Of a stretch of DNA of 64,000 bases, positions 32,585 to 42,201 are shown piece after piece. Numbering within the stretch: position 1 is the first letter of the stretch; the number at the start of each line of letters is the position of its first letter. Below the pieces are notes generated by a model. The model was not told the DNA's origin, made no database searches, and saw only the letters and a list, made by a program, of their open reading frames with translations. The translations under genes and the position numbers were made by a program. This DNA is from a virus (lineage: Duplodnaviria > Caudoviricetes): IMG/VR virus record IMGVR_UViG_3300032782_000002; one strand, written 5' to 3'.

Positions 32585-33482
32585 CGCGCTGCTCGTCAGA
32601 CAATGCAACGCTCAGCGTCGAGCGTATGTGAGCAATCGTCCCGCGGGACGGCGCCCCCGCTACGTGCGCGCCATTGCCGATCGCTTCCCTCCTCAGTCTG
32701 ACGGCTACGTGCTCGATATCGAGTGCGCCGACGGACGTCGGATCGACGACTGGTTCCCCGGCTCGGTCCAGCAGGCCGTGGGAGCCGCGCGCGTCGCGCA
32801 CCCCGGGTGCGCCATCCGCGGCGTGATGGAACTGTCCTGGGCCGACTGGGTCGGCACGCTGGACGACTGGGCGCTCGGCCCCTGACGTCAGAACGGGCCC
32901 CGGTCGGGCGTCGTCTGCCGCATGACGACGCCCCGCTACGCTCCACGCTGGTACCGCCGCCGCGCACGCGCGCGCGAAGAGCTTGTCCACGCCGCCCAGA
33001 CGGCGCTTCTTGAGCCCCTCGTGGCCGAGGCGCGCCTTGCCCTGTGCGCGCCCCCACCGACGGCCGTGTTCCTCGATCCGCTCTCGCGCGAGCGGATCGT
33101 CTACGCGGCCAGCGAATGGGATCGGCGCGGCGTCGCGCTCGTCGGCATCGATCGGGATCACGTGTGGATCGGGACCGAGTTTGCCGCCCTCATCATCGAG
33201 GACGGCGGCGAGCTGTGTTTCGAGCTGTGGGGCGTGCTCTTCGGGCACCTGTGGCACGCCTGCGTGGTCGCGCGCAGCGAGGACGCGGCCCGGAGCTTCG
33301 CTCTGCGGATCGGCGCGAGCGACGTCAACGTGGACGGCCTGGCCTTCGATCCGTCGGATCTCGATCCGCCCGGCGCCTGAACCCGGTGCGTATCGGCAGG
33401 ATTGCCGATAGCACATCCTGCGCCGATTGTTGAGGGCTACCAGCCTCACCTTCGCGCGCCCCGGTTGGGGTAGCATCGCCCG

Positions 33483-34253
33483 ATGCGTTACCTCCTCGTT
33501 CTCCTCGCGCTCGTCGCTGGTTGCAGCGGCAGCTGCAGCTGCACCCCTGCCCCCGCGATCCCCGACGCGGCCCCCGCCTTCGACGGCGCGGCGGACGCCG
33601 CCGCCGACGGGGCACCGGCCATGGACAGCGCCGCCATGGACGGCGCTTCCGACGCGCCCTCGCCGGCCGCCGGCTACGAGGTCACGGTGATCAACGGCAC
33701 GACGGCGGCGACGACCGTCTACGTCGCATTCGGATCGGACTCCGCGATCCGCACCTGGCCGTTCTGCCAGACCGATGCCGGCTTCGGCGGGTGCGTCTTC
33801 CCGCTCGTGGCCGGCGCCTCGCGCGGGCTGCCGGTCGGCGGCAAGTACCTCAACGCGACCGTCTCGCTCGGCGGCAACGGCTGCAACGCGACCAAGGCGG
33901 AGATCAACCTCAACAACCCCGCCTGGACGAGCGACACCGCCGACGTGTCGCTGGTCGATGGCTACTCGAACAAGCTCTCCATCCAGGTCGTGCGCGGCGC
34001 CTCCGACGGTGGGGTGCTGCAGCTCGGACCGCCGCTCGGCAAGGACGGCAACGCGCACGTCTTCGGGCTCTTCCCGTACGGCTGCGACGTGTGCGTGGCG
34101 CGCCAGGCGCCGCCGTGCGGGATCACGCCGTGCGGCTCGCCGACCGACGGCGGCGCGTGCGGGTGCAAGGCCGGCAGCCAGTACAACCCCGCGGTGCCCT
34201 GTCAGTGGTCCGGGCCGCGCGGGCTGCACTACCTCATCGAGCTGCTGCCGTGA
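33483..34253 (+). CDS. Lipoprotein with a thaumatin-like domain
   Basis: Lipobox LVAGC, DA-rich linker, ATKAEINL...DVSLVDGY thaumatin hallmark, Cys-rich C-terminus. Confidence 0.65.
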   Translation: MRYLLVLLALVAGCSGSCSCTPAPAIPDAAPAFDGAADAAADGAPAMDSAAMDGASDAPSPAAGYEVTVINGTTAATTVYVAFGSDSAIRTWPFCQTDAGFGGCVFPLVAGASRGLPVGGKYLNATVSLGGNGCNATKAEINLNNPAWTSDTADVSLVDGYSNKLSIQVVRGASDGGVLQLGPPLGKDGNAHVFGLFPYGCDVCVARQAPPCGITPCGSPTDGGACGCKAGSQYNPAVPCQWSGPRGLHYLIELLP

Positions 34254-34836
34254 CGACGCTCGCCTACCGCGCGGGCAAGCTGCCCGACGAGCTGGCGGTC
34301 GGCGAGTGTGTCATGCGGCCCACGCGGGCCGGCAGCGTCGTGTACTGGCGCCTCGACTTCTGCGTCACGCGCACCGACAACGGGCAGCCGCAGATCGCAG
34401 GCGTACCGGTCAACATCGGCGGCGACTACACGCAGAGCGGCCCGGCCGGCAAGACCTGGGGGCTCAAGAAGATCGCCGAGGGCACGTGGCAGGTCTCGCC
34501 TTCGATCAACGTGCTCGCGGGTGGCGCGCCGCATCCGGGTGAGCATCCGACCGAGCCGTCCATCTGGCACCATACGCCCCAGATCGTCGGCGTGCCGGCG
34601 GGCGAGCGGTGGCAGTCGGGCGCGGCGCCCTAGACCTTCAGCATCTGGGCGGCCGACTCGCGCGCGAGCCGGACGATCTCACGGCGGCGATCCGAGTCGC
34701 CGCCGTCGAGCACGTACACCTGGATGCCGTCGCGGTAGATGGCCAGGTGCTGCAGGTGGATGACCAGCCGCTCTACGAAGCGAAGCGCCGCGCCCTCGTC
34801 CTCGAAGACGAAGAGGTAGTGCGGCGGCATGGCGGA

Positions 34837-35610
34837 CTAGACGATCCGGCGCACCGATCCGCCGAACTTGTCGTAGAGCAGGAAGCTTCCCGCGGCGATG
34901 GCGCCGCCGAGGGCAAACCCCCCGAGGACGGTAGCGATCTTGCTCCACGTCGTCCCGAAGTCCTCCCCGCGGACCGGATCGTGCGGCTTCTCGCCGGGGC
35001 GCGCGGCGTACATGGCGGCAAGCGCGTTCTGTACCGCCTCGGAAGCGCTCTGCTTGGCGACGAAGTGACCGAGGTCGGCGACCGTGATGTAGCCTTTGCC
35101 GTCCCAGTCTAGGCCCGGGTTGGCGTTGTAGACGGCGGCTTCGCTGAGCGACGATCCAGGGATGTTGTCGCTCGACCCTTGCGTCGCCAGTACGCTATCG
35201 AGCGTCGTCGCCGTCGCGAGCGTCGAGGGCAAAAAGTTCGCCTGATAGGCGCGCGTCCCTGATCGGATCTGTCCGAAGTGCGAGATGATGGACTGGAACA
35301 TCGGTGCGATGCCGCTCTGGAGCTGCTGACTCGCGCTCCAGTCTCCGTATCCATCCGGCACGTTGGGCGGGCACATCTGGTTGAGCCCGACACATCCAAT
35401 GCTGTTCGTGACCGTCGTCGAGAACCCGCTCTCGTTGTAGAGCACCGGAAGAAGGTACTCGGGGCGCGGCAGTCGGCCTGCGTCGAACTCTTGCCAGTAG
35501 ACGGTGGCGAACGCGGGGAAGTCGAGCGCGCCGACGTAGCCGTACCCGGCGCCGGCCTGCTGGATGGCGCGACGGGTTGCATGCGGGAGTAGGTAGAGAG
35601 CGCTCGGCAC
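34837..35610 (-). CDS. Lytic transglycosylase-like protein with a C-terminal transmembrane anchor
   Basis: LYNESGF catalytic Glu, CVGLNQM motif, hydrophobic C-terminal helix. Confidence 0.7.
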   Translation of the reverse strand: MPSALYLLPHATRRAIQQAGAGYGYVGALDFPAFATVYWQEFDAGRLPRPEYLLPVLYNESGFSTTVTNSIGCVGLNQMCPPNVPDGYGDWSASQQLQSGIAPMFQSIISHFGQIRSGTRAYQANFLPSTLATATTLDSVLATQGSSDNIPGSSLSEAAVYNANPGLDWDGKGYITVADLGHFVAKQSASEAVQNALAAMYAARPGEKPHDPVRGEDFGTTWSKIATVLGGFALGGAIAAGSFLLYDKFGGSVRRIV

Positions 35611-35625
35611 GGGCTCAGTCTACCA

Positions 35626-36204
35626 CTACAAAGCCAGGCGTCGCGCCATGTGCAGCGCGGCGACGCCGTAGCGGCCATAGAGCCAGTAGCCCCCGTATGC
35701 GAGCGCGCCCCCGATGGCTAGCCCGACTAGCGCAAGCGCGATCTTGTGCGCCCAGGGTCGAACGGGTGCGGGCAGGATGGGCGCGGCGAGCAGATCTGCG
35801 GTGGGATCGGGGTGGGTCGTTCCCTGATCGAACGACCCCGTGGGCCAGACTTGAAAGTGTACGTGGGAGATGCCGACGAGCGCGGCGTTGCCCGTCGTGT
35901 CCACTCGCCCGATCTGTTCCCCGCGCTGCACCTGGCGTGTGCCCGACTGCGCGTCGAGCAGGTGCGCGTAGTAGTACGCCGTACCGTCGGCCACGTGCAG
36001 AATGGCGACGTTGCCCCCGAACGGATCGGTGCCGTAGTTGACGATGCCATCGTCCACGGCGACTGCTGCGGAGCCTTGTGGCGCGCAGAGATCGCACGCA
36101 TCGTGCAGCGCCGTCGTCCCGTCTGTCGCGGGCCGGTTGCCGTAGCCAGCGCAGATGTCGCGCTCGACGCCAGCGATGGGGTAGACGGCGATGGCCACGA
36201 CCAA
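35626..36204 (-). CDS. M23 peptidase with a C-terminal transmembrane anchor
   Basis: HDACD (HxxxD), YYAHL, HVHF (HxH), hydrophobic C-terminus. Confidence 0.85.
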   Translation of the reverse strand: MVVAIAVYPIAGVERDICAGYGNRPATDGTTALHDACDLCAPQGSAAVAVDDGIVNYGTDPFGGNVAILHVADGTAYYYAHLLDAQSGTRQVQRGEQIGRVDTTGNAALVGISHVHFQVWPTGSFDQGTTHPDPTADLLAAPILPAPVRPWAHKIALALVGLAIGGALAYGGYWLYGRYGVAALHMARRLAL

Positions 36205-36242
36205 AGCCTACGCCGGGCCGGTCTCAGGCTCAACCGCGTGTG

Positions 36243-36572
36243 TCAGGGCGCGTCGCCCGGGTTGATTAGCATGTCCACCACGAAGAGTGCGGGCAGGCCG
36301 AAGAGCAACGTGGCGCCGCCAGCGAGCAGCGCGCTGCCGGTGATCGCGTACGTGCCGATGGCGACCGCCGCGGGCCCCAGCAGGGGTGCGTTGACCTTGA
36401 CCATCTCCATGGTCGAGCAGTACAGCGCGCCGGTCGCCGGATCGGATGCGGGGCGCTGCCAGAAGTGGCATGCGGGGATGGCGGCGAGGGCCGGCGGGGT
36501 CGCGGCGGCGACAGGCGGCGGCGCGCCCTGGCCGGTGTGGTGGATGACGAGCTGGAAGGTGCGCGGGAGCAT
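36243..36572 (-). CDS. Small membrane protein
   Basis: Long hydrophobic C-terminal segment. Confidence 0.45.
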   Translation of the reverse strand: MLPRTFQLVIHHTGQGAPPPVAAATPPALAAIPACHFWQRPASDPATGALYCSTMEMVKVNAPLLGPAAVAIGTYAITGSALLAGGATLLFGLPALFVVDMLINPGDAP

Positions 36573-36605
36573 GTCCCGAGCCTACCACTGCTCGTTCACG
36601 CGCGC

Positions 36606-37217
36606 TCAGCTGCCAAGACGCTGCTGGATGGTCCGCGTGAGCGGCCCGAGGCGCTCGTAGCGCGTGAGCGCGTGGCCCTTGAGTTGCCCCTCGACGCGCG
36701 CGCGGAACGCCTCGGCGTGGTCTTCGAGCGCGCTCTTCTTCGCGTAGCTGCTGACGAACGATCCGCCCAGCCGGTCGATCTTGGTGCGGTGGTGGTGATC
36801 GGCTGCCCAGCGCGCGCGCGTCTTCTGCGTCGCGATGTGGAACCACACGCGGTGCCCCAGCTCGTGCACGATGATGCCGGGCGCCCGGTCGCGCTGGCCG
36901 ATGAGGTCCTTGAGCGCGATGCAGAGTGTGTTGCCGCGCCAGAACCGCGCGTAGTAGCCGCGCCGGCTCGTGAACACGACGTCGACGCCGTCGGCGAGCT
37001 TGGTGAGGTTGCGCGCGGCGAGCAGCGCCATCGCCTTGTCCCAGATCTTGGCGAACGCGGCGAGATCCTCGGCGAGCCCCGGGTAGTTGACGATGCACAC
37101 CTGGATCCGCTTGGCCCCCCGCAAACGGTAGTGGGGTACGCGGTGGACGTGCTTCTCAGCCTCGCGCGTGTAGCTCACCCGATTGAGGCTACCACGGAGT
37201 TCGGTAGACTGGGCCAA
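36606..37217 (-). CDS. Zincin-like metallopeptidase
   Basis: VHELGH...VSSYA...EDHAEAF. Confidence 0.7.
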   Translation of the reverse strand: MAQSTELRGSLNRVSYTREAEKHVHRVPHYRLRGAKRIQVCIVNYPGLAEDLAAFAKIWDKAMALLAARNLTKLADGVDVVFTSRRGYYARFWRGNTLCIALKDLIGQRDRAPGIIVHELGHRVWFHIATQKTRARWAADHHHRTKIDRLGGSFVSSYAKKSALEDHAEAFRARVEGQLKGHALTRYERLGPLTRTIQQRLGS

Positions 37218-37512
37218 TGGCTGCCGAGATGCGCGTGGTCCGTCGGGGAGTGACTGGTGCCGTGGCGTGGGGATCGCCCCGGCTGCACGGCTGGCACATC
37301 CTCTGGTACGGGCCCGGCAGCGGCCTGTATCTGACGAGTGGCGGACGGTCGTCCTCGCTCGTGCGCATCGAGCACTGGGCGGCCGACGGGCAGTACCGCA
37401 GCGAGCGCGAGGCGGCCAGGGCGGCGCGGGCGTTCATCGAGGCGCCCCCGATGACGCGCGGATCGCGCATGGCCAACCGCGCGCGTCGCAGCCGGCGTCC
37501 GACGCGCAGGCG

Positions 37513-37974
37513 CTAGCGACTCGTCTCGTGCGGCTCGTACAGGAGCACCTCGACGCGCTTGACAGTGCCGAGGATCTGCTGCGTGCTCTTGCTGACGACC
37601 GACCAGGGCAAGCGCCCGTTGCCGCACCCGAGGGCGGGCACGGCGATGCTATGCAGCGGCGTCGTCTGCAGCCAGGCGCGCAGCTTGAAGAGGCCCTCGT
37701 GGATGTCTTCGAGCCGGCTGCTGCTACGCCAGTGGTCCTTGGTCGGAAAGTAGACAATGTGCTTGGGGCGCTCGGTGCGCGCGACGACGAAGAGATCGCC
37801 CAGGTGAAGCTCGCCGCGCCCCGCCGCGCCCTCGTACTTCATCTGCTCGCGCGGGAAGCGGCGCGCGAAGATCTTGGCCAGACCGGCCCCCGATACCCCG
37901 ATGCAGTTGACCGGATTGACGAGCGCGTCGGCGCCCGACTCGAACATGTCGCCGCTGACGAGCTGCACGGTCAC
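37513..37974 (-). CDS. Macrodomain (DarG/TARG1-like ADP-ribosylglycohydrolase)
   Basis: GDMF...ALVNPVNCIGVSGAGLA...FPTKDHW...SIAVPALGCGNG; GTG start at 37974. Confidence 0.88.
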   Translation of the reverse strand: MTVQLVSGDMFESGADALVNPVNCIGVSGAGLAKIFARRFPREQMKYEGAAGRGELHLGDLFVVARTERPKHIVYFPTKDHWRSSSRLEDIHEGLFKLRAWLQTTPLHSIAVPALGCGNGRLPWSVVSKSTQQILGTVKRVEVLLYEPHETSR

Positions 37975-39071
37975 TTGTCTTTCGGCTCCTGAGCGGCAAG
38001 CTCCTGGGCGGCGAGCGTGGCCTCTTCGACGAGCGGCGGGGTTCGCGCGGCCTGCGCGGCCTGGGCGCCTGCCTTGGCGGCGAACTGCGCGAGGGCGCCC
38101 GCGCCCATCGCCTTGAGCGTCGGGTCGTCTCCGGCGGCTCCGATCGCGAAGCCGACCACGCCGGCTACGAGGCTCGCAGCGCCGGACTCGCGTGTGGAGG
38201 CGATCTCGTCGACGAAGGCACCAATCGTGGCGCCGGCCGCGATGTTGAGCACGTTGTGGAGCGGATCGGAGGCGGGCTGCTGCCCCGCCTTCTCGCGGGC
38301 GCGCTTGAGCGCGTCGGCGAGCTTTGATCGACTCACGGCTTGGGCGCCTCGGTAGTGACAGTGGACGGCGGCGCGGGCGGAGCCGGCGGGGGCGGCGCGG
38401 CCTCCGGCGGCAGCAGCCCACGATCGCGCATCAGCTTCTTGACGCGCTCCTCCCAGTCGGCCGGCGGCTCCTCGCCCGGCTTGACGCCGATGGCGTCCAT
38501 CATCGCGCGCGTCTGGACCCACGACTGCGCGAGCATGTCGAGCAGCGTGTCGGCGTCGAAGGGCGTCGCCTGCGCGCGGCTGACCAGCACCGTCATGAGG
38601 GCGACGACGGTCAGCTTCGGATCGATCTTCTCGACGACCTTGTGCACGGCGGACGCCACCTGCGTGACGTGATGCTGGAACTGGATCTGCTCGGGCGAGA
38701 GGGTGGGCTGGCTCATCAGTGTAGATATAGTCTCGATTAGCCTCGACGAGCAACCCGCGTGGTCGCAGAGGCTCCCGGCTGTCCTCGGCACGCTACCGTG
38801 CACAAGTGCACGCGCGTGAAGCGCCGCGCGGCCAGGCACGCAGGGCACGGAATGTACTGAGATCGTTCGGGTACGGCGCGCATCGACTGCCAGTAGGTCC
38901 GGATGTACCGGCGGCCCCCGGGATCCCCGCGGCGCTGCCTCCTGTGCGCCGTATCCCACGGTCCGATGAAGAACGCGATGCAGCAGTCCGGGATCTTCGA
39001 ATGCCGTCCCCGCACGACGTCCGGATCATCGGGTGGCAGTGTCTGGGCCATTGGGAGTAGACTAGCTTCCC

Positions 39072-39638
39072 ATGAGCGCTGCGTTTGGAGACATGCTGTG
39101 GCTGCGGGAACGGAGCGACTTCATCGCCACGACCAAGCAGGGTCGTTACGTCGTCTACCACGCCGGGGGTCGCCTCTACGCGACGTCCTTCCGGCCGAGT
39201 GGGATGCGCGCGCTCACCCGCGATCTCGGTGTAGGCGGCAGCATCGGGGAAGCCAAGTCCATCGCCGAGCGGCACGCCCTGCGCGCGCTCGGGCACGCGG
39301 CCTACGCCAGTCGCGCCACGGTCACGCGGCTGCCCTCGAACTTCAGGCTGCAATCGCTGCTCTTGCCGCACGGCAAGTTCACGCCGTCCACGGCGGTCGC
39401 GTGGGCGGCGCGCCATGGGTGGCGCCACGACAAGATCGATGTGCCCGCCAACGGGCGCTATCTGCGTCTGCGTCAGTTCGCGCCGGGCGAGGCGATCAAG
39501 GGCACCTTCCGCATCGTGCCGTTCGGCAAGGGGATCAAGGCCGTGTTCGCGCGCGTGCCGCGCCAGCTCGCGGCACGTCTCGACGCCGAGCGCCGTTCGC
39601 GGCTGGGGCACTCGACGCGTGTTCGGCGCGCGGCCTGA
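39072..39638 (+). CDS. Basic hypothetical virion-type protein
   Basis: C-terminal LQSLLL...AVAWAARHG...KIDV...YLRLRQ...KGIKAV module. Confidence 0.45.
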   Translation: MSAAFGDMLWLRERSDFIATTKQGRYVVYHAGGRLYATSFRPSGMRALTRDLGVGGSIGEAKSIAERHALRALGHAAYASRATVTRLPSNFRLQSLLLPHGKFTPSTAVAWAARHGWRHDKIDVPANGRYLRLRQFAPGEAIKGTFRIVPFGKGIKAVFARVPRQLAARLDAERRSRLGHSTRVRRAA

Positions 39639-39923
39639 TCACACGGCCGGCGGTCGGATCTTCAGGTCCTCCTCGAACCCGTTGACGCCGCGGGCCATGA
39701 CCGCGCGGTAGATCGCGCTCTTGCTCACGGGAACGGGTGCCAGCTCGTTGTGCTTGCGCCAGACGGTCTCGACGCGAGCGCGCAGCTCGGGATCGACGTT
39801 GATGGCGATGGCCTTGCTGATGTCCACGGTACGGGGTCGGGGTTGAACGGGGGCTTGGGGTGTCTTCTTCGCGGTGGTGGCCTTGGCTATGGGGTCGGCC
39901 TCCCTTCTAGATAGAGGGTGCAT
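39639..39923 (-). CDS. Possible ribbon-helix-helix DNA-binding protein
   Basis: IAINVDPELRARVE...VSKSAIYRAVMARG. Confidence 0.45.
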   Translation of the reverse strand: MHPLSRREADPIAKATTAKKTPQAPVQPRPRTVDISKAIAINVDPELRARVETVWRKHNELAPVPVSKSAIYRAVMARGVNGFEEDLKIRPPAV

Positions 39924-39970
39924 CAGAAGCTGATGACGGTCAATAGAGCTTGAATTAGGATGGCCGCGCG

Positions 39971-40450
39971 GTGAGCGACCAGTTCAACATCAAGAACCTG
40001 CCTCCGCTGGGGACTCGCGATCCGGGGTTTCGACAGTCGATGGTGCTGGGCGTCAACACGAAGGCGCCGCTGCAGCCCGGTGTGCGCACGAAGCTCAAGG
40101 CGATGCCCCAGATGTCGTTCAAGATGGAGAAGCTCGTCATCCCCGACGAGTACAAGGACGCCTCGGTGTACGGGATGACGGTGGGCGGCCAGCAGGAGCT
40201 GGTGAGCGCGCAGCCGCTCCCAGGCGCGATGTTCTCGCCCAGTGCGTTCGGCACGCAGCTCCAAGTGCGCCCAGCCCACCCGGGCATGGAGATCGAGCTG
40301 GAGGTCTCGCGCCCCGAAGGCGGTCCGTTCAACGCTGCGTTCATTGGCACCCAGTGGGAAGATCCCGAGCCCGAGATCCCCGCCCTCGTCGAGGAGGCCG
40401 CCAAGGCGCAGGCGCTCGTCGAGCTGGCAGAGAAAGAGAAGGCTCCATGA
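39971..40450 (+). CDS. Beta-rich protein, capsid/jelly-roll-like candidate (paralog 1)
   Basis: PQMSFKMEKLVIP...MTVGGQQEL...PLPGAMFSP; alignable with the next ORF. Confidence 0.4.
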   Translation: MSDQFNIKNLPPLGTRDPGFRQSMVLGVNTKAPLQPGVRTKLKAMPQMSFKMEKLVIPDEYKDASVYGMTVGGQQELVSAQPLPGAMFSPSAFGTQLQVRPAHPGMEIELEVSRPEGGPFNAAFIGTQWEDPEPEIPALVEEAAKAQALVELAEKEKAP

Positions 40451-41130
40451 TCGGCAGATCCGCGCGGCGAGAACGATCGACCACGAACTGCCGCGCGGAT
40501 CTGCCGATCGCGGGCAGCTCCCACTCGTCGCTGACGCCGTGCCCGAAGTGCGCGGCGCCGATGCTGGTCGCGCCGGGCGAGTGCTTCTACTGCCGCGCCA
40601 TGGCCGCCGAGGCGAAGCTCGCGCGTCTGTCGGTCTGGGGCGACGACGAGTGGATGCTCAAGCTCGCGCAGCTGCTGCCGCACAATAACCCAGCGTCCAA
40701 GCTCGTGCCGCTTGGGTTCCAGGGTGATCTGCCGCCGGCCGGGCGCGGACTAGTTCTCAACGTGCGGCCCCAGATTCCCTTCCGCCCCGAGATCCTTACG
40801 GTGGCTCCGGAGTGTGCGGGACTCGGGACGCTCACCGACTTCGTGATCGGTATCCGATCGCAGATGGTCGGCGTCACGCCCCTGCCGCTTACCGTCTTCA
40901 GCCCCGCGCTCTGGCAGAACGTCAAGACGATGCACACGCTACTCGGTCGCATGCAGATGGACGCGTGCGATGTCGCGCAGGACATCAGCCTGCGGTTCGA
41001 CATCACGGCGTGGCCGCCGGAGCCGCTCGTCGAGGTGGCAATGGAGGCGGTCGGCAAGCAGCCGGTGACCAAGATGCGCGCCGTGCTCTGGGGCGCCGCG
41101 GGGCCCGAGGTGCGCAGTACACTTCGTTGA
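40447..41130 (+). CDS. Beta-rich protein, capsid/jelly-roll-like candidate (paralog 2) with an N-terminal zinc ribbon
   Basis: CPKC...CFYC, then PQIPFRPEILTV...FVIGIRSQM...PLPLTVFSP. Confidence 0.4.
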   Translation: MIGRSARRERSTTNCRADLPIAGSSHSSLTPCPKCAAPMLVAPGECFYCRAMAAEAKLARLSVWGDDEWMLKLAQLLPHNNPASKLVPLGFQGDLPPAGRGLVLNVRPQIPFRPEILTVAPECAGLGTLTDFVIGIRSQMVGVTPLPLTVFSPALWQNVKTMHTLLGRMQMDACDVAQDISLRFDITAWPPEPLVEVAMEAVGKQPVTKMRAVLWGAAGPEVRSTLR

Positions 41131-41205
41131 CCTTGTCAACACCGTCGTGCAAAAACGACGCCGAGAAGTTGACGTGCGGTGGGGCTGTGAGCATGCTGGC
41201 CCGCC

Positions 41206-41793
41206 ATGCGTAACGCCAACTTCACCAAGCTGGCCCTTGCGGCCCTCACGATGATCTCGACGTGTTCGCCTGCGAGCACCCCGGCTTTCGCGGAAGACGC
41301 GCCCTCCGCGACGGTCGATGACGTGCTCGGTGTGATGCATCGCCTGCCCGAGGAGGGATGCCTGTACAACCCGCACGGCAAGGGCTGCACGATGCCGGGC
41401 CGCTTCGACCACGGACCCGACGCGCGTCGCATCGCCGAATCGATCGTGGTGGCGGCCGACGGCTCCATCACTGGCAACCGCGCGCTCGACGCCGCGGTCA
41501 TGGCCACGTTTAGCTCCTACGAAAGCGGCAACGACGCAAGCGCCGTGGGCGATCGTGGACGCGCTCGTGGTGCGATGCAGCTGTGGTTCGTCAGCGACTC
41601 GGTCGCGTTCGATCCCGCGCAGTCGGTCCTGGCGTGGCGCGCCATCGCGCGCGGCTCCGTCAAGATGTGCAAGGACAACGCGGCCGACGAGAAGCTCGCG
41701 AGCGTGGCCGGATCCTGCTCGTACTGGAAGGCCCGCCAGAAGGTGCGCCAGCGCATGCAGGCGGCGCGCGACGCGCTCACCGCGAAGGACTAG
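41206..41793 (+). CDS. Secreted lysozyme/transglycosylase-like protein
   Basis: Signal peptide (ends AFA), YESGNDASAVGDRGRARGAMQL. Confidence 0.6.
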   Translation: MRNANFTKLALAALTMISTCSPASTPAFAEDAPSATVDDVLGVMHRLPEEGCLYNPHGKGCTMPGRFDHGPDARRIAESIVVAADGSITGNRALDAAVMATFSSYESGNDASAVGDRGRARGAMQLWFVSDSVAFDPAQSVLAWRAIARGSVKMCKDNAADEKLASVAGSCSYWKARQKVRQRMQAARDALTAKD

Positions 41794-41971
41794 CCCAAGA
41801 CCGATGCGGAATGGTTCGCCATGCGGTTCCCGTCGCCGGCCGCGCGGGCAGCAGCCGACGCCGCGATCGAGCCGCTCGATGTCGGCGCTCCGATGAGCGA
41901 GTACATCGACGTCTGGATCGCGGCGTACCGTGCGGCGGGCGGTGCGCCACCGCGCGAGAGCTGGGGCGCGC

Positions 41972-41999
41972 TTGACATCAAGTGCGCCTCGTGCACAAT
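41972..41999 (+). promoter_or_regulatory. Promoter of the HTH-cas1-cas2-array unit
   Basis: TTGACA-N16-CACAAT; 29/39 identical to the promoter at 45591. Confidence 0.7.
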
Positions 42000-42006
42000 G
42001 CGCATC

Positions 42007-42195
42007 GTGGCACGCCAGACATCGCCGAAGGCCGTGGAAGTAGATCCGCAGACGGTTGCGCGGCTGGCCGCCGAAGCCCAGGTCGATCGCCGCACGGCCA
42101 AGAAGGCCCTGACCGATGGCGTCGATGCGGTACGTGGGGAGTTCATGCGCGGGCGGCTGCGTGTCGCGGCGCAGACGCTCGGGCTCAAGTTGTAG
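42007..42195 (+). CDS. Small HTH protein (LacI-like HTH) upstream of cas1
   Basis: TVARLAAEAQVDRRTAKKAL; in-frame GTG 7 nt after the -10 box; stop 6 bp before cas1. Confidence 0.55.
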   Translation: MARQTSPKAVEVDPQTVARLAAEAQVDRRTAKKALTDGVDAVRGEFMRGRLRVAAQTLGLKL

Positions 42196-42201
42196 GGCGT
42201 C

